Shown: one piece after another, positions 1-9,290 of the stretch | Numbering within the stretch: the stretch's first letter is position 1 | How the letters are laid out: the number at the start of each line of letters is the position of its first letter | Assembly: GCA_965215195.1 (NCBI GenBank) | Contig: CBDCDC010000002.1 | Coordinates: forward strand, 2,848,001 to 2,912,000 | DNA length: 64,000 nt | Source of the DNA: Candidatus Latescibacterota bacterium | GTDB taxonomy: Bacteria; Latescibacterota; UBA2968; UBA8231 | Reading direction: 5' to 3' | Made by a program: the position numbers and the translations under genes | The notes under the pieces: model-generated | Database searches by the model: none | What the model saw: only the letters and a program-made list of their open reading frames with translations | What the model was told of the DNA's origin: nothing

Positions 1-89
1 ACACGCAGAGTCAGAGCAAAGAAAACGACGCACCCGCCATCGCCGCGGCCATAGGCTTCGCCCTGCACGCCCGCCGCCAAAAAGACTAA
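1..89 (+). CDS. oadG: 3' end of Na+-translocating decarboxylase gamma subunit (partial)
   Basis: Frame 3 reads ...ENDAPAIAAAIGFALHARRQKD*, resembling the OadG AIAAAI C-terminus, directly upstream of the beta subunit. Confidence 0.6.
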   Translation, partial: TQSQSKENDAPAIAAAIGFALHARRQKD

Positions 90-95
90 TCGGCC

Positions 96-1223
96 ATGGA
101 AATTCTCCGCGAATTCCTCACTACCACGGCCGTGGCCAACATGTCGGGCGGCAACCTGCTGATGATCATTATCGGCGCGATCTTCATCTCTCTGGCCATC
201 CGCAAAGACTACGAGCCGCTGCTGCTGTTGCCGATTGGCTTCGGCTGCATCGTGGGTAATCTCCCGTCTATCTCCAGCATGGCCATCGGCGTGTACGACC
301 AAGGCAGCGTACTCTACTACATCTACTTTGGCGTCAGCCAAGGCATCTTCCCGCCGCTTATTTTTCTCGGCATTGGCGCGATGACCGACTTCTCGACCAT
401 GCTCTCTAGCCCCCGACTGGTGCTGCTGGGGGCAGCGGCGCAGACGGGCATTTTCCTCACCTTGATCGGCGCGCTCTATTTGGGTTTTACGCCGGCCGAG
501 TCCGGGGCCATCGGCATTATCGGCGGGGCCGATGGGCCGACGGCGATCTTCCTCGCGGCCAAGCTGGCTCCCCACCTGCTCGGGGCCATTGCCATTGCCG
601 CGTACTCCTACATGGCCCTCGTCCCGGTCATCCAGCCGCCGGTGATGAGGCTGTTGACCACGCGCAAGGAGCGGCTGATTCGCATGAAGCCCCCGCGCGA
701 GGTCTCCCAGCGCGAAAAGATCATCTTTCCCATCGCCGCCTTCCTCATCTGCGCGCTCCTCGCCCCGGGCGCGATCGGGCTGCTCGGCATGCTGTTCTTC
801 GGCAATCTGCTCAAGGAAAGCGGCGTCACCGAGCGCTTGGCCCAGACCGCCCGCACTTCGATGGTCGATATCGTCACCATTCTCCTCGGGTTTTCGGTCG
901 GCTGCTCGACCCAAGCCCAGACCTTTCTCACGCCGCAGTCAGTACTCATCTTCAGCCTCGGGGCCCTGTCCTTTGCCGTCGCCACGGCCAGCGGCGTGCT
1001 CTTTGCCAAGTTTTTGAACCTCTTCACCAAAGACAAAATCAACCCCCTCGTCGGCGCGGCCGGGGTCTCGGCTGTGCCCGACTCGGCCCGCGTAGTGCAG
1101 ATGATGGGCCAGCGCGAAGACCCCAATAACTACCTCCTGATGCACGCGATGGCCCCCAATGTCGCCGGGGTCATCGGCTCGGCCGTAGGTGCTGGGGTCT
1201 TGTGGTCCGTGCTGGTGGGATAG
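96..1223 (+). CDS. oadB: Na+-translocating decarboxylase beta subunit
   Basis: Highly hydrophobic; EPLLLLPIGFG, IGIIGGADGPTAIF, GAAGVSAVP, HAMAPNVAGVIGS motifs. Confidence 0.95.
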   Translation: MEILREFLTTTAVANMSGGNLLMIIIGAIFISLAIRKDYEPLLLLPIGFGCIVGNLPSISSMAIGVYDQGSVLYYIYFGVSQGIFPPLIFLGIGAMTDFSTMLSSPRLVLLGAAAQTGIFLTLIGALYLGFTPAESGAIGIIGGADGPTAIFLAAKLAPHLLGAIAIAAYSYMALVPVIQPPVMRLLTTRKERLIRMKPPREVSQREKIIFPIAAFLICALLAPGAIGLLGMLFFGNLLKESGVTERLAQTARTSMVDIVTILLGFSVGCSTQAQTFLTPQSVLIFSLGALSFAVATASGVLFAKFLNLFTKDKINPLVGAAGVSAVPDSARVVQMMGQREDPNNYLLMHAMAPNVAGVIGSAVGAGVLWSVLVG

Positions 1224-1240
1224 ACAACGAGGATGCGACC

Positions 1241-3040
1241 GTGAACAAGAAGAAAATTCGCTTCATGTGTACCGCCTTCCGCGACGGCTTCCAGTCGGTC
1301 TATGGAGCGCGCGTTTTCACGTCCGATTTTCTGCCCGCTGTCGCCGCGGCCAAGGAAGCCGGCATCGACTATTTTGAGGCCGGCGGCGGGGCCTGTTTCC
1401 AGTCGTTTTACTTTTACTGCGGCGAAGATGCCTTTGCCGCGATGGACGCCTTTCGCGCAACGGCTGGCCCGGACGCCGACCTCCAGACCTTGGCGCGGGG
1501 GGTCAACGTGGTCGGCCTCGAATCGCAGCCGAGCGACATCATCAAGCTCCACGCCGATCTCTTCAAAAAGCACGGCATCACGACCATCCGCAATTTTGAC
1601 GCGCTCAACGACGTCGACAACCTCATCTACTCGGGGCAGTGCATTGTGGATGCCGGGCTCAAACACCAAGTCTGCATCACCCTGATGGAGCTGCCCCCGG
1701 GCTGCTCGGGTGCCCACGACGCGGCCTTCTACACCAATACCTTGCGCCAGATACTAGACGCTGGCATCCCGTACGACGCGGTCTGTTTCAAGGATGCCTC
1801 GGGCACGGCCGTGCCCGCCAAAGTCTATGAGACGATCTCCAAGGCGCGTCTCATGCTGCCCGAGGACACCTTCATCCACTTCCACACGCACGAAACAGCC
1901 GGCATTGGCGTCAGTGCCAACATGGCCGCCCTCGACGCTGGTGCCGACGCCATTGACCTGTCTATGGCCCCCTGCTCCGGCGGCACCTGTCAGCCCGACA
2001 TCATCGTCATGTGGCACGCGCTGCGCGGCTCCGACTACGACCTCGACATAGATATCGACAAGATCCGCGACGCCGAGGAAGTCTTCAAGGAGTGCATGGC
2101 CTCCTACTTCCTGCCGCCCGAGGCCGTGGCCGTGGAGCCGATGATTCCCTGGAGTCCCATGCCCGGCGGCGCACTAACGGCCAACACCCAGATGCTGCGC
2201 GACAACGGCGTCATGGACAAGTACCCGGATATGATCAAGGCCATGCGCGAGGTCGTCGAAAAGGGCGGGTTCGGCACCTCGGTGACGCCAGTCTCGCAAT
2301 TTTACTTTCAGCAGGCTTTCAACAACGTCATGTTCGGCCCTTGGGAGCGGATCGCCGCGCCCTACGGCCAGATGGTCTTGGGCTACTTCGGCAAGACGCC
2401 AGTCGCGCCCGACCCCTCGGTCGTGGAGATCGCCGCCCAGCAGCTCGATCTAGAGCCAACGACCGAAAAGCCGCTCGAACGCAACGACGCCGACCCGACA
2501 AAGGGCGTCGAACCGGCCCGCAAACAACTGCGCGAAGCCGGCCTCGCCGAGACGGACGAAAACATTTTCATCGTCGCTACCTGCAAAGACAAGGGTCTGG
2601 CCTTCCTCAAGGGAGAAGGCGAGATCGGCGTGCGCAAGGTAGAAAAAGGGCAAGAGAAGGAAGCACCGGCCGACGGGCCGGCGCACTATGCGCTCACCGT
2701 CGATGGCCGCCGCTATGCCGTAGCCATTGACGGCGACACGGCCACGGTTGATGGCCGCCGCTTCCAAGTCAGCTTGGCTCCAGCAACCGCTGGGGCGGCT
2801 CCCCCGCCAGCACCCAAGGCCGAAGGGGGTACGCCGGTGCAAGCCCAGATGCCCGGGAAAGTAATCCGCCACCTTGCCCAAGTCGGCGATCGCGTAGAAG
2901 CGGGCGACGGAATCATAGTGCTCGAAGCCATGAAGATGGAAATGCCGGTAACAGCCCCCGTCGGGGGCATGGTCGCCGATATTTTGGTGAATGCCGGGGA
3001 TCAGGTGGCCGACGGACAGGTGCTGGCGCACATACGCTGA
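1241..3040 (+). CDS. oadA: Oxaloacetate decarboxylase alpha / pyruvate carboxylase B-like carboxyltransferase with biotinyl domain
   Basis: RDGFQS, HFHTH, MPGG, VTPVSQ and C-terminal EAMKM biotinylation motif; GTG start at 1241 with GAGGA RBS. Confidence 0.88.
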   Translation: MNKKKIRFMCTAFRDGFQSVYGARVFTSDFLPAVAAAKEAGIDYFEAGGGACFQSFYFYCGEDAFAAMDAFRATAGPDADLQTLARGVNVVGLESQPSDIIKLHADLFKKHGITTIRNFDALNDVDNLIYSGQCIVDAGLKHQVCITLMELPPGCSGAHDAAFYTNTLRQILDAGIPYDAVCFKDASGTAVPAKVYETISKARLMLPEDTFIHFHTHETAGIGVSANMAALDAGADAIDLSMAPCSGGTCQPDIIVMWHALRGSDYDLDIDIDKIRDAEEVFKECMASYFLPPEAVAVEPMIPWSPMPGGALTANTQMLRDNGVMDKYPDMIKAMREVVEKGGFGTSVTPVSQFYFQQAFNNVMFGPWERIAAPYGQMVLGYFGKTPVAPDPSVVEIAAQQLDLEPTTEKPLERNDADPTKGVEPARKQLREAGLAETDENIFIVATCKDKGLAFLKGEGEIGVRKVEKGQEKEAPADGPAHYALTVDGRRYAVAIDGDTATVDGRRFQVSLAPATAGAAPPPAPKAEGGTPVQAQMPGKVIRHLAQVGDRVEAGDGIIVLEAMKMEMPVTAPVGGMVADILVNAGDQVADGQVLAHIR

Positions 3041-3083
3041 CGATTACTCCACAGCGGACCAAACCGTCCCTACGGCATGGCTT

Positions 3084-3255
3084 GTGAAACAAACTGCTTA
3101 CATTGAAACGTCGATCTTCAGCTTCTACTATGCGCGTCGCACTGAGCCAGCAGCTATTGCGATGCGCGATTTGAATCATTTCAAAAACTGCGTGATTCTG
3201 CTCATGCAGAAAATTTGATATCTTCGTCAGAATAAGGCTTCCAAATGCGAACGCT
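3084..3255 (+). pseudogene. Eroded PIN-domain toxin remnant
   Basis: VKQTAYIETSIFSFYYARRTEP resembles the N-terminus of a PIN family; downstream frame-shifted fragments DSAH, KFDIFV, LPNAN. Confidence 0.5.
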
Positions 3256-3257
3256 TC

Positions 3258-3965
3258 TCATGTTCCCACATCCCCGCTCCACACCTCGCGTTGCGTACCA
3301 TCGTCTTCGCGCAGCAGCAGTTGCCCGGCCGTGCCAAATCCCAGCACCACGCCCGCGTACTCGCCGACTGCGACGTACTGGCCCAAGTTGGCGCAGTGAG
3401 ACTCCCACGCCGCACTCAGCGCGGCAAAGCCGCCTTTTTCCCAGCACCCGATCCACACCTGCAAATGCGCCAGCAGCTCGTCCAATGCCCGCTCGACATC
3501 GCGCTCGCTTCCCGTCTCAATCCGCAGCGAGGTAGCGGGCTGGCCGATGGACGCGGCCTCGTCGGCATCCATGTTGACGTTGAGGCCGATTCCAAGGACG
3601 ACCCCTTTGCAGCGCTCGGCCAAAATGCCGCAGATCTTGCGGCCACCCACTAGCACGTCGTTGGGCCACTTGGTCTGCGCCGCCAAGCCCTTGTCCTCCA
3701 AATAGGCCACCACACCCAAGGCAGCGGCCTGCGGCAGCGACAGGAGCTGCAACGGCGACGCATCGCTCCGCAACAGCACAGAAAAGGTCAGGTTGCGGCC
3801 GGGCCGGGCGAGCCACCGCCGCTCATAGCGGCCCCGGCCAGCGGTCTGGGAACGAGCGGCGAGCACGAAGCCATCGGGCAGGTCTCGGCTCGTGCGCAGC
3901 CACTCGACCAAGGTCGTATTGGTCGAAGACAGTTCGTCGTGCCATTGGGGTTTTTGGAATTGCAT
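3258..3965 (-). CDS. birA: Biotin-protein ligase (no N-terminal HTH)
   Basis: QTAGRGR, KWPND, KICGIL, GIGLNVN motifs; next to a biotin-dependent enzyme. Confidence 0.93.
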   Translation of the reverse strand: MQFQKPQWHDELSSTNTTLVEWLRTSRDLPDGFVLAARSQTAGRGRYERRWLARPGRNLTFSVLLRSDASPLQLLSLPQAAALGVVAYLEDKGLAAQTKWPNDVLVGGRKICGILAERCKGVVLGIGLNVNMDADEAASIGQPATSLRIETGSERDVERALDELLAHLQVWIGCWEKGGFAALSAAWESHCANLGQYVAVGEYAGVVLGFGTAGQLLLREDDGTQREVWSGDVGT

Positions 3966-4070
3966 CGCACCTAATGTAATGGACGCAGGTCGTGCGCCAG
4001 AAAGGCTCGCATTGACAATGAGCCGCGTCTTGGTGTCTTTTTGGACAAGTTTTTCTTAGGAGATGATCTC

Positions 4071-5450
4071 ATGCCTATTTCTAGACGCCAATTCCTCAAA
4101 AGCGCGGCCGCCGTTTCCACCGGCTTTGCCGGTCTCCATCGCCATATCGCTTGCAGCGGTCCAGTGCTCGAAAATAGCTTTGGGCCGCTCGTGCCCGACC
4201 CCGAAGGCATTCTCGACCTGCCCAAGGGCTTTAGCTATCGAGTTCTCTCGCGCGTTGGCGAACTCATGGACGATGGCCTGCGGTTGCCGGGCGCAGCCGA
4301 CGGGATGGCCGCTTTTCCCGGGCCAGAGGGCCGCATCGTTTTGGTGCGCAACCACGAGCTGAGCCCCGGGTCGAAGGAAGCCGGTGCCTTTGGCGACGGC
4401 AACGAAAACCTGGGCAAACTGCCCAAAGAAGACCTATACGACTGGGGCCGAGGCAAGATGCCGGGCTTGGGCGGCACCACGACCGTCGTGTACAACGCGC
4501 AAACCGGCGCAGTGGAGAGGGAGTTTCTCAGCTTGGCCGGCACTGCGGTCAACTGCGCCGGAGGACCAACCCCGTGGCATAGCTGGGTTAGCTGCGAAGA
4601 GACGACCCAGCGGATTGACGGGCCGATCGAAAAGGACCATGGCTACAACTTCGAGGTCCCCGCTACCGCAGAAATCCGCCGCGCCGCGCCAGTGCCGCTC
4701 AAGGCCATGGGGCGCTTCAAACACGAGGCCATCGCCGTGGATCCCCGCTCGGGAATCGTCTATCAGACCGAAGATACCAGCGACAGCTTGATCTACCGCT
4801 ACATCCCCGATGCACCGGGCAAACTAATAGCCGGGCGGCTGCAAGCCTTAGCCGTAATCGACCATCCCAGCTTGGATACCCGCAACTGGGAAAAAGTGCT
4901 GGTGCGCCCAAGGGAGCCGCTCGCCGTGCGCTGGGCCGACATAGAAAACGTCGAATCGCCAGACAACGACTTGCGCTTTCAGGGCTTTGACGGCAAGGGC
5001 TGCGCCCGCTTTGCCCGCGGCGAGGGCATGTGGTACGGCCGCGAAGCGGTTTACTTTGCTTGCACCAGCGGCGGCATAAAAAAGAAAGGCCAAATTTTCC
5101 GCTACCAGCCCAGCCCGCACGAGGGCACGGCCGATGAGAGCAAGGCACCGGGGACGCTCGAATTGTTCGTCGAGCCGAACGACGGCGACCTAGTCGACAA
5201 CGCCGATAACCTTACGGTCTCCCCCTTCGGCGACTTGATCGTCTGCGAAGACGGTAGCGGGGAAAACAATCTAGTCGGCGTAACGCCCGCAGGTCAGATC
5301 TACCGCTTCGCTCACAACCGCATGAACAATTCCGAATTCGCCGGCGCGACCTTCTCGCCCGATGGCCAAGTGCTCTTCGTCAATATCCAGCATCCCGGCA
5401 CTACGCTGGCTATCTACGGCCCTTGGGATCAGCGGCGGTCTGACGGTTAG
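4071..5450 (+). CDS. phoX: PhoX-family alkaline phosphatase, Tat-exported
   Basis: SRRQFLK twin-arginine signal; VRNHE, NCAGG.TPW..W.SCEE, GRFKHE, RGEG, DN, EFAG, NIQHPG motifs. Confidence 0.88.
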   Translation: MPISRRQFLKSAAAVSTGFAGLHRHIACSGPVLENSFGPLVPDPEGILDLPKGFSYRVLSRVGELMDDGLRLPGAADGMAAFPGPEGRIVLVRNHELSPGSKEAGAFGDGNENLGKLPKEDLYDWGRGKMPGLGGTTTVVYNAQTGAVEREFLSLAGTAVNCAGGPTPWHSWVSCEETTQRIDGPIEKDHGYNFEVPATAEIRRAAPVPLKAMGRFKHEAIAVDPRSGIVYQTEDTSDSLIYRYIPDAPGKLIAGRLQALAVIDHPSLDTRNWEKVLVRPREPLAVRWADIENVESPDNDLRFQGFDGKGCARFARGEGMWYGREAVYFACTSGGIKKKGQIFRYQPSPHEGTADESKAPGTLELFVEPNDGDLVDNADNLTVSPFGDLIVCEDGSGENNLVGVTPAGQIYRFAHNRMNNSEFAGATFSPDGQVLFVNIQHPGTTLAIYGPWDQRRSDG

Positions 5451-5507
5451 CTCTCCAAGCCCATAAGAAGCTGTCTGTTTCACCGCGGCCCTCGGAGGGA
5501 GCGGTTT

Positions 5508-5531
5508 TCGAGGGCGAGACGCCCTCGATCC
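5508..5531. repeat. REP-like palindrome copy 1
   Basis: TCGAGGGCG-AGA-CGCCCTCGA(TCC); near-identical hairpin at 63702-63728. Confidence 0.55.
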
Positions 5532-5811
5532 TTGGGTGTTCTGCACACAGGGGACAGTACCCGGAATTTTCAACAGCTTCTTAGAATTCTCTCCAAGGCT
5601 GGCCGCGCCCGAGTCCGGCAGGCGATACAGTGCTGTGTAGTATTCTGCACATGCCTTCCTGCGGTACGCGCTTGTTTTCTCTGAAAATTGGGCTGGCAAA
5701 GCACTGGTACGCTAATTGCAAGAACCTTGGGCCGATGGCCTACTTATATTTTTTGCTCCGCGAGGTGCTACCACGCCGATCCAACGCTCTAATGCGAAGG
5801 GAGCTATATAG

Positions 5812-8406
5812 TTGACGATCCTGTTTGACGATCTAAAGCAATCTGCTCTTGAATGGCGCAAGGGCGGATATGCTTGTGATGAGTATCCACTTATAGGCGA
5901 AATCCTCGCGTTCCAGAGGGAGACACAGGACGGCACCTCGACGCTCAAGTTCCTGCGCGATCCTCAGTTTCTCGCCCTTGAGGTGTACTGGTATGTCCGG
6001 CTCAAGCTGAATACTCCTCATATCATAGACCTCTACAAGCACTACTACGGAGAGGATAAGAGAACCTTTTTTGATTCCCTCGGTGTTCCCATGTCGAGAG
6101 ATGCTTTGGAGTGGGCGACCATAGAAGCCGTTCTCGAGAAAGTCAAAAAAGATCTCGGTTTTGTCACTGAAAAGAAGATCCAAGCATTGCACGAGGCCGC
6201 GATGCTGGACTATCCGAGTTACATCCTCGCCTTGGCAATGGGTGCCGGAAAAACCGTGCTGATCGGGGCGATTATCGCCACCGAGTTTGCCATGTCCCTG
6301 CGCTACCCCAAGGGCCACTTCATGAGAAACGCCCTCGTATTTGCACCCGGTACGACGATCATAGAATCCTTGCGCGAACTTAGCGATATGCCTTATGAAG
6401 ACATTCTACCACCCGCTCTCTATCGAGACTTTGCCGCCAATTTGAAAATTGAATACCCGAGCAACGAAAAGGACATACAGGCCCAGGCCAGCAGTAGCTA
6501 TAACCTGATTATCACCAACACCGAAAAAATCAGTCTGCGAGCGAAGCGGAGAAGCAATCAGACCGAACTAGATTTCAAGGAAAAGGAACTACAAGCGAAT
6601 TTGAGATTGCAAAAAATCGCCAGCCTGCCGAACCTCGGCGTCTTCTCCGATGAAGCGCATCACACCTATGGAAATACCTTCAATAAGCTAAAGCGGGTGC
6701 GGGAAACCATCAACTACATCCATGAGCAAACCCCCATTGTCGCAGTCGTAAACACCACCGGAACGCCTTATTACAGAAAGCAGCATCTGAAAGAAGTCAT
6801 TGTTTGGTATGGACTTGGGGACGGCATCAAGGACAACATTCTCAAAGATCTCAACGACGGGATTCACCAATACGACATCGGCGAGCAGTCGGAACAGAGC
6901 GTATTCAACGACATCATCCGGGAGTTTTTCAACCAATACGGCAAGGTCTCGCTTCCGAATGGAGCAAAGGCGAAAATTGCCTTTTACTTTAAGACACAGG
7001 ATCACTTGGACGATTCCCGTCCTTGGATTGAGCAGGCCATGACCGAAATGGGCGAAAGCGTCTCTCAGATATTGGTCAATACCCAGCAATCAAGTCCGAC
7101 GGAAGTAGATGAATTTAAGCGCCTCAACAACCCGGCTAATCAGAAGCGCGTGATTCTTCTGATTGGCAAAGGCGTTGAAGGATGGAACTGTCCTAGCCTG
7201 TTTGCCTGTGCGCTTATCAAAGAGCAGACGACGAGCAACAACTATGTCTTACAGGCAGCGACCCGGTGCCTGCGACAGGTGGCGGGAAACGGGCACTCGG
7301 CGAAGGTATTTCTCGATTACGGCAATGTGCGGACTCTAGACAAGGAACTAAAAGACAATTTTGGCACCGACCTCGACCTGCTCAGCGCGGCGTCAGGCGA
7401 CAAGGAGACCATAACGCTACGTATTGTAAAAACGGAATTGCCCAAACTGGAAATCACCCGCACGATCAAGCGGGCTGTCCGCACTAAAAAACCAAGCGGC
7501 TACATCGCCCTGAACAAACCGGAATCACAAGAAATTCCTGCAATACTACGCAGTGTTCTGACGCCGGATTTCAGCGGACCACGGGAAATCCTGATGCCGA
7601 CCGGTTACACTAAGGAGCTGCCGGCAGCAGCGGAAATGACGGATTGCCATACGGCCGCTTGGAAAATCGCCTCGCGCTACCACCTGCCGATAATGCCGAT
7701 TTTGAAGCAACTCAACAGCCTGTATCCCGAAAGAGAAATGCCGAATAGCCACTTATACGGGTTGTCCGCTCAGGTCGAGAAGCAGCAGGCGAACTACGAG
7801 ACCATAAAAGAAAACGTCACCGAGGCGATGGCCCTAATTCGGGTTCAGGATGAGAACGGAACGGACCTCTTTGAAAAGGACGAGGACGGCGTTTACGTCC
7901 ACCATCTGCGCCTGCTCAGGCGGACATACAACCGAATGAAAGACAGTGGGCTGTTTGCCGCCCACCAAGCGTATGCAGACGAACACGACTTGAGCTTCCA
8001 CTACACGCCGTACAACTTCGACAGCGAACCAGAGCGTTCTTTTTTTCGTCAAATTCTATCCGCGCTCAATACAAACCCCGATGACGTGGAGGCGTTTCTG
8101 TTTACGGGCGGATTGACCGACCCAAGGAAAACCGACTTTCATTTTGAATACATGGGTGAGGACAAGCGCTATCACCGCTACTTCCCCGACTTCGTGATTG
8201 TGAAGAAGACAGGTGAGTTCTATATTGTCGAGGTGAAAGCTGAGAATGAGCGCGGTGATCAAACGGTGAAAGAAAAGAAAAAGGCGGTGGAGAGGTTGCA
8301 GAAGATACAGCCTGATAAATTCAGATATAACGTCGTTTATACTTCTGGACCCACATTGGATGCGAAGTCCATCAATCCAATTGTCAATTGGATAAACTCA
8401 CAGTGA
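5812..8406 (+). CDS. res: Type III restriction enzyme Res subunit (SF2 helicase + PD-(D/E)XK nuclease)
   Basis: Walker A LAMGAGKT, DEAHH, EGWNCP, QAATRCLR, C-terminal FPDF...VEVK; in an operon with a Mod methyltransferase. Confidence 0.88.
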   Translation: MTILFDDLKQSALEWRKGGYACDEYPLIGEILAFQRETQDGTSTLKFLRDPQFLALEVYWYVRLKLNTPHIIDLYKHYYGEDKRTFFDSLGVPMSRDALEWATIEAVLEKVKKDLGFVTEKKIQALHEAAMLDYPSYILALAMGAGKTVLIGAIIATEFAMSLRYPKGHFMRNALVFAPGTTIIESLRELSDMPYEDILPPALYRDFAANLKIEYPSNEKDIQAQASSSYNLIITNTEKISLRAKRRSNQTELDFKEKELQANLRLQKIASLPNLGVFSDEAHHTYGNTFNKLKRVRETINYIHEQTPIVAVVNTTGTPYYRKQHLKEVIVWYGLGDGIKDNILKDLNDGIHQYDIGEQSEQSVFNDIIREFFNQYGKVSLPNGAKAKIAFYFKTQDHLDDSRPWIEQAMTEMGESVSQILVNTQQSSPTEVDEFKRLNNPANQKRVILLIGKGVEGWNCPSLFACALIKEQTTSNNYVLQAATRCLRQVAGNGHSAKVFLDYGNVRTLDKELKDNFGTDLDLLSAASGDKETITLRIVKTELPKLEITRTIKRAVRTKKPSGYIALNKPESQEIPAILRSVLTPDFSGPREILMPTGYTKELPAAAEMTDCHTAAWKIASRYHLPIMPILKQLNSLYPEREMPNSHLYGLSAQVEKQQANYETIKENVTEAMALIRVQDENGTDLFEKDEDGVYVHHLRLLRRTYNRMKDSGLFAAHQAYADEHDLSFHYTPYNFDSEPERSFFRQILSALNTNPDDVEAFLFTGGLTDPRKTDFHFEYMGEDKRYHRYFPDFVIVKKTGEFYIVEVKAENERGDQTVKEKKKAVERLQKIQPDKFRYNVVYTSGPTLDAKSINPIVNWINSQ

Positions 8407-8418
8407 GGAGACGTACGC

Positions 8419-8826
8419 ATGAAAGCCTATCATTTATTTATCAGCCACTCTTGGACATACGCCGACCAATATAAGAATTTGGTCAATCTATTGGATCAGG
8501 CCAAGAACTTCCACTATCACAATTACTCTATACCTAAAGATAACCCTGCCCATGTTGGCTCAGATAGGGAATTATCCAAGGCAATTCACAATCAAATGCA
8601 GCCGTGTGGCATCGTCATCGTTCTAGCGGGTGTATATGCTAGTTACAGCAAATGGATAGACAAAGAAATTAAAATTGCTAGAAGCAGCTTTTCGAGGCCA
8701 AAACCTATTCTAGCCATAGAGCCTTGGGGGAAAGAGAAAACTTCTTCGGTCGTCAAGGAAAGTGCCAACCAGATCGTTGGATGGAATACCGAAAGTATTG
8801 TCTCGGCAATAAGGGAGTTGGCATAA
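8419..8826 (+). CDS. TIR-like domain protein (MTH538/DUF1863, ThsB-like)
   Basis: LFISHSW start, NYS.P, SKWIDKEI with putative catalytic Glu, KPILAI, VGWNTESIVSAI. Confidence 0.85.
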   Translation: MKAYHLFISHSWTYADQYKNLVNLLDQAKNFHYHNYSIPKDNPAHVGSDRELSKAIHNQMQPCGIVIVLAGVYASYSKWIDKEIKIARSSFSRPKPILAIEPWGKEKTSSVVKESANQIVGWNTESIVSAIRELA

Positions 8827-9287
8827 TGGACGAAAAAAGACAGGAGCTTTTGGAAATATATAAGCTCCACGCCGAACTTGCGGATAGGGTGAGCCAGAGG
8901 CGTGAAGGAGCGAATAGGCTTTTTGTAAGCCTGTTGACGGGAACTTTAATTTTTCTCGCTGCATTTCTTAGATATGGCACAGGGACCATGCCTGTCGATG
9001 TAGTTTTGACAGCGGTTGGCATTTTTGGAGTTTTACTTTCTGCGTCGTGGTATATCATTATTCGCTCCTATCGCCAACTTAATTCGGGAAAATTTGCCGC
9101 TTTGCATGAGTTAGAAGAACAACTCGCCTATCCCTTTTTTAAGCGGGAGTGGAAGCTGTTGGGGATGGTAGAAAAACCGAAGACAAGTCGCTATTGGAAA
9201 CTCACAGTCGTTGAAACCTTTCTTCCCATTACCTTTGCTATTCTTTTTCTCGCTCTTATTATCATCTTTTTTAACATTTGCAGGTAG
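8826..9287 (+). CDS. Small multi-pass membrane protein, putative pore-type effector (RipA/8xMP-like)
   Basis: TAATG overlap with the TIR gene; ELADRVSQRREGANRLF, hydrophobic helices, W...IRSYRQLNSGKF..LHELEEQL..PF..EW pattern recalled from this family. Confidence 0.65.
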   Translation: MDEKRQELLEIYKLHAELADRVSQRREGANRLFVSLLTGTLIFLAAFLRYGTGTMPVDVVLTAVGIFGVLLSASWYIIIRSYRQLNSGKFAALHELEEQLAYPFFKREWKLLGMVEKPKTSRYWKLTVVETFLPITFAILFLALIIIFFNICR

Positions 9288-9290
9288 AAA

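Noticed and set aside
8419-9287. Canonical Thoeris system
   Set aside because: No SIR2-SLOG or Macro-domain ThsA; only a small TM protein accompanies the TIR
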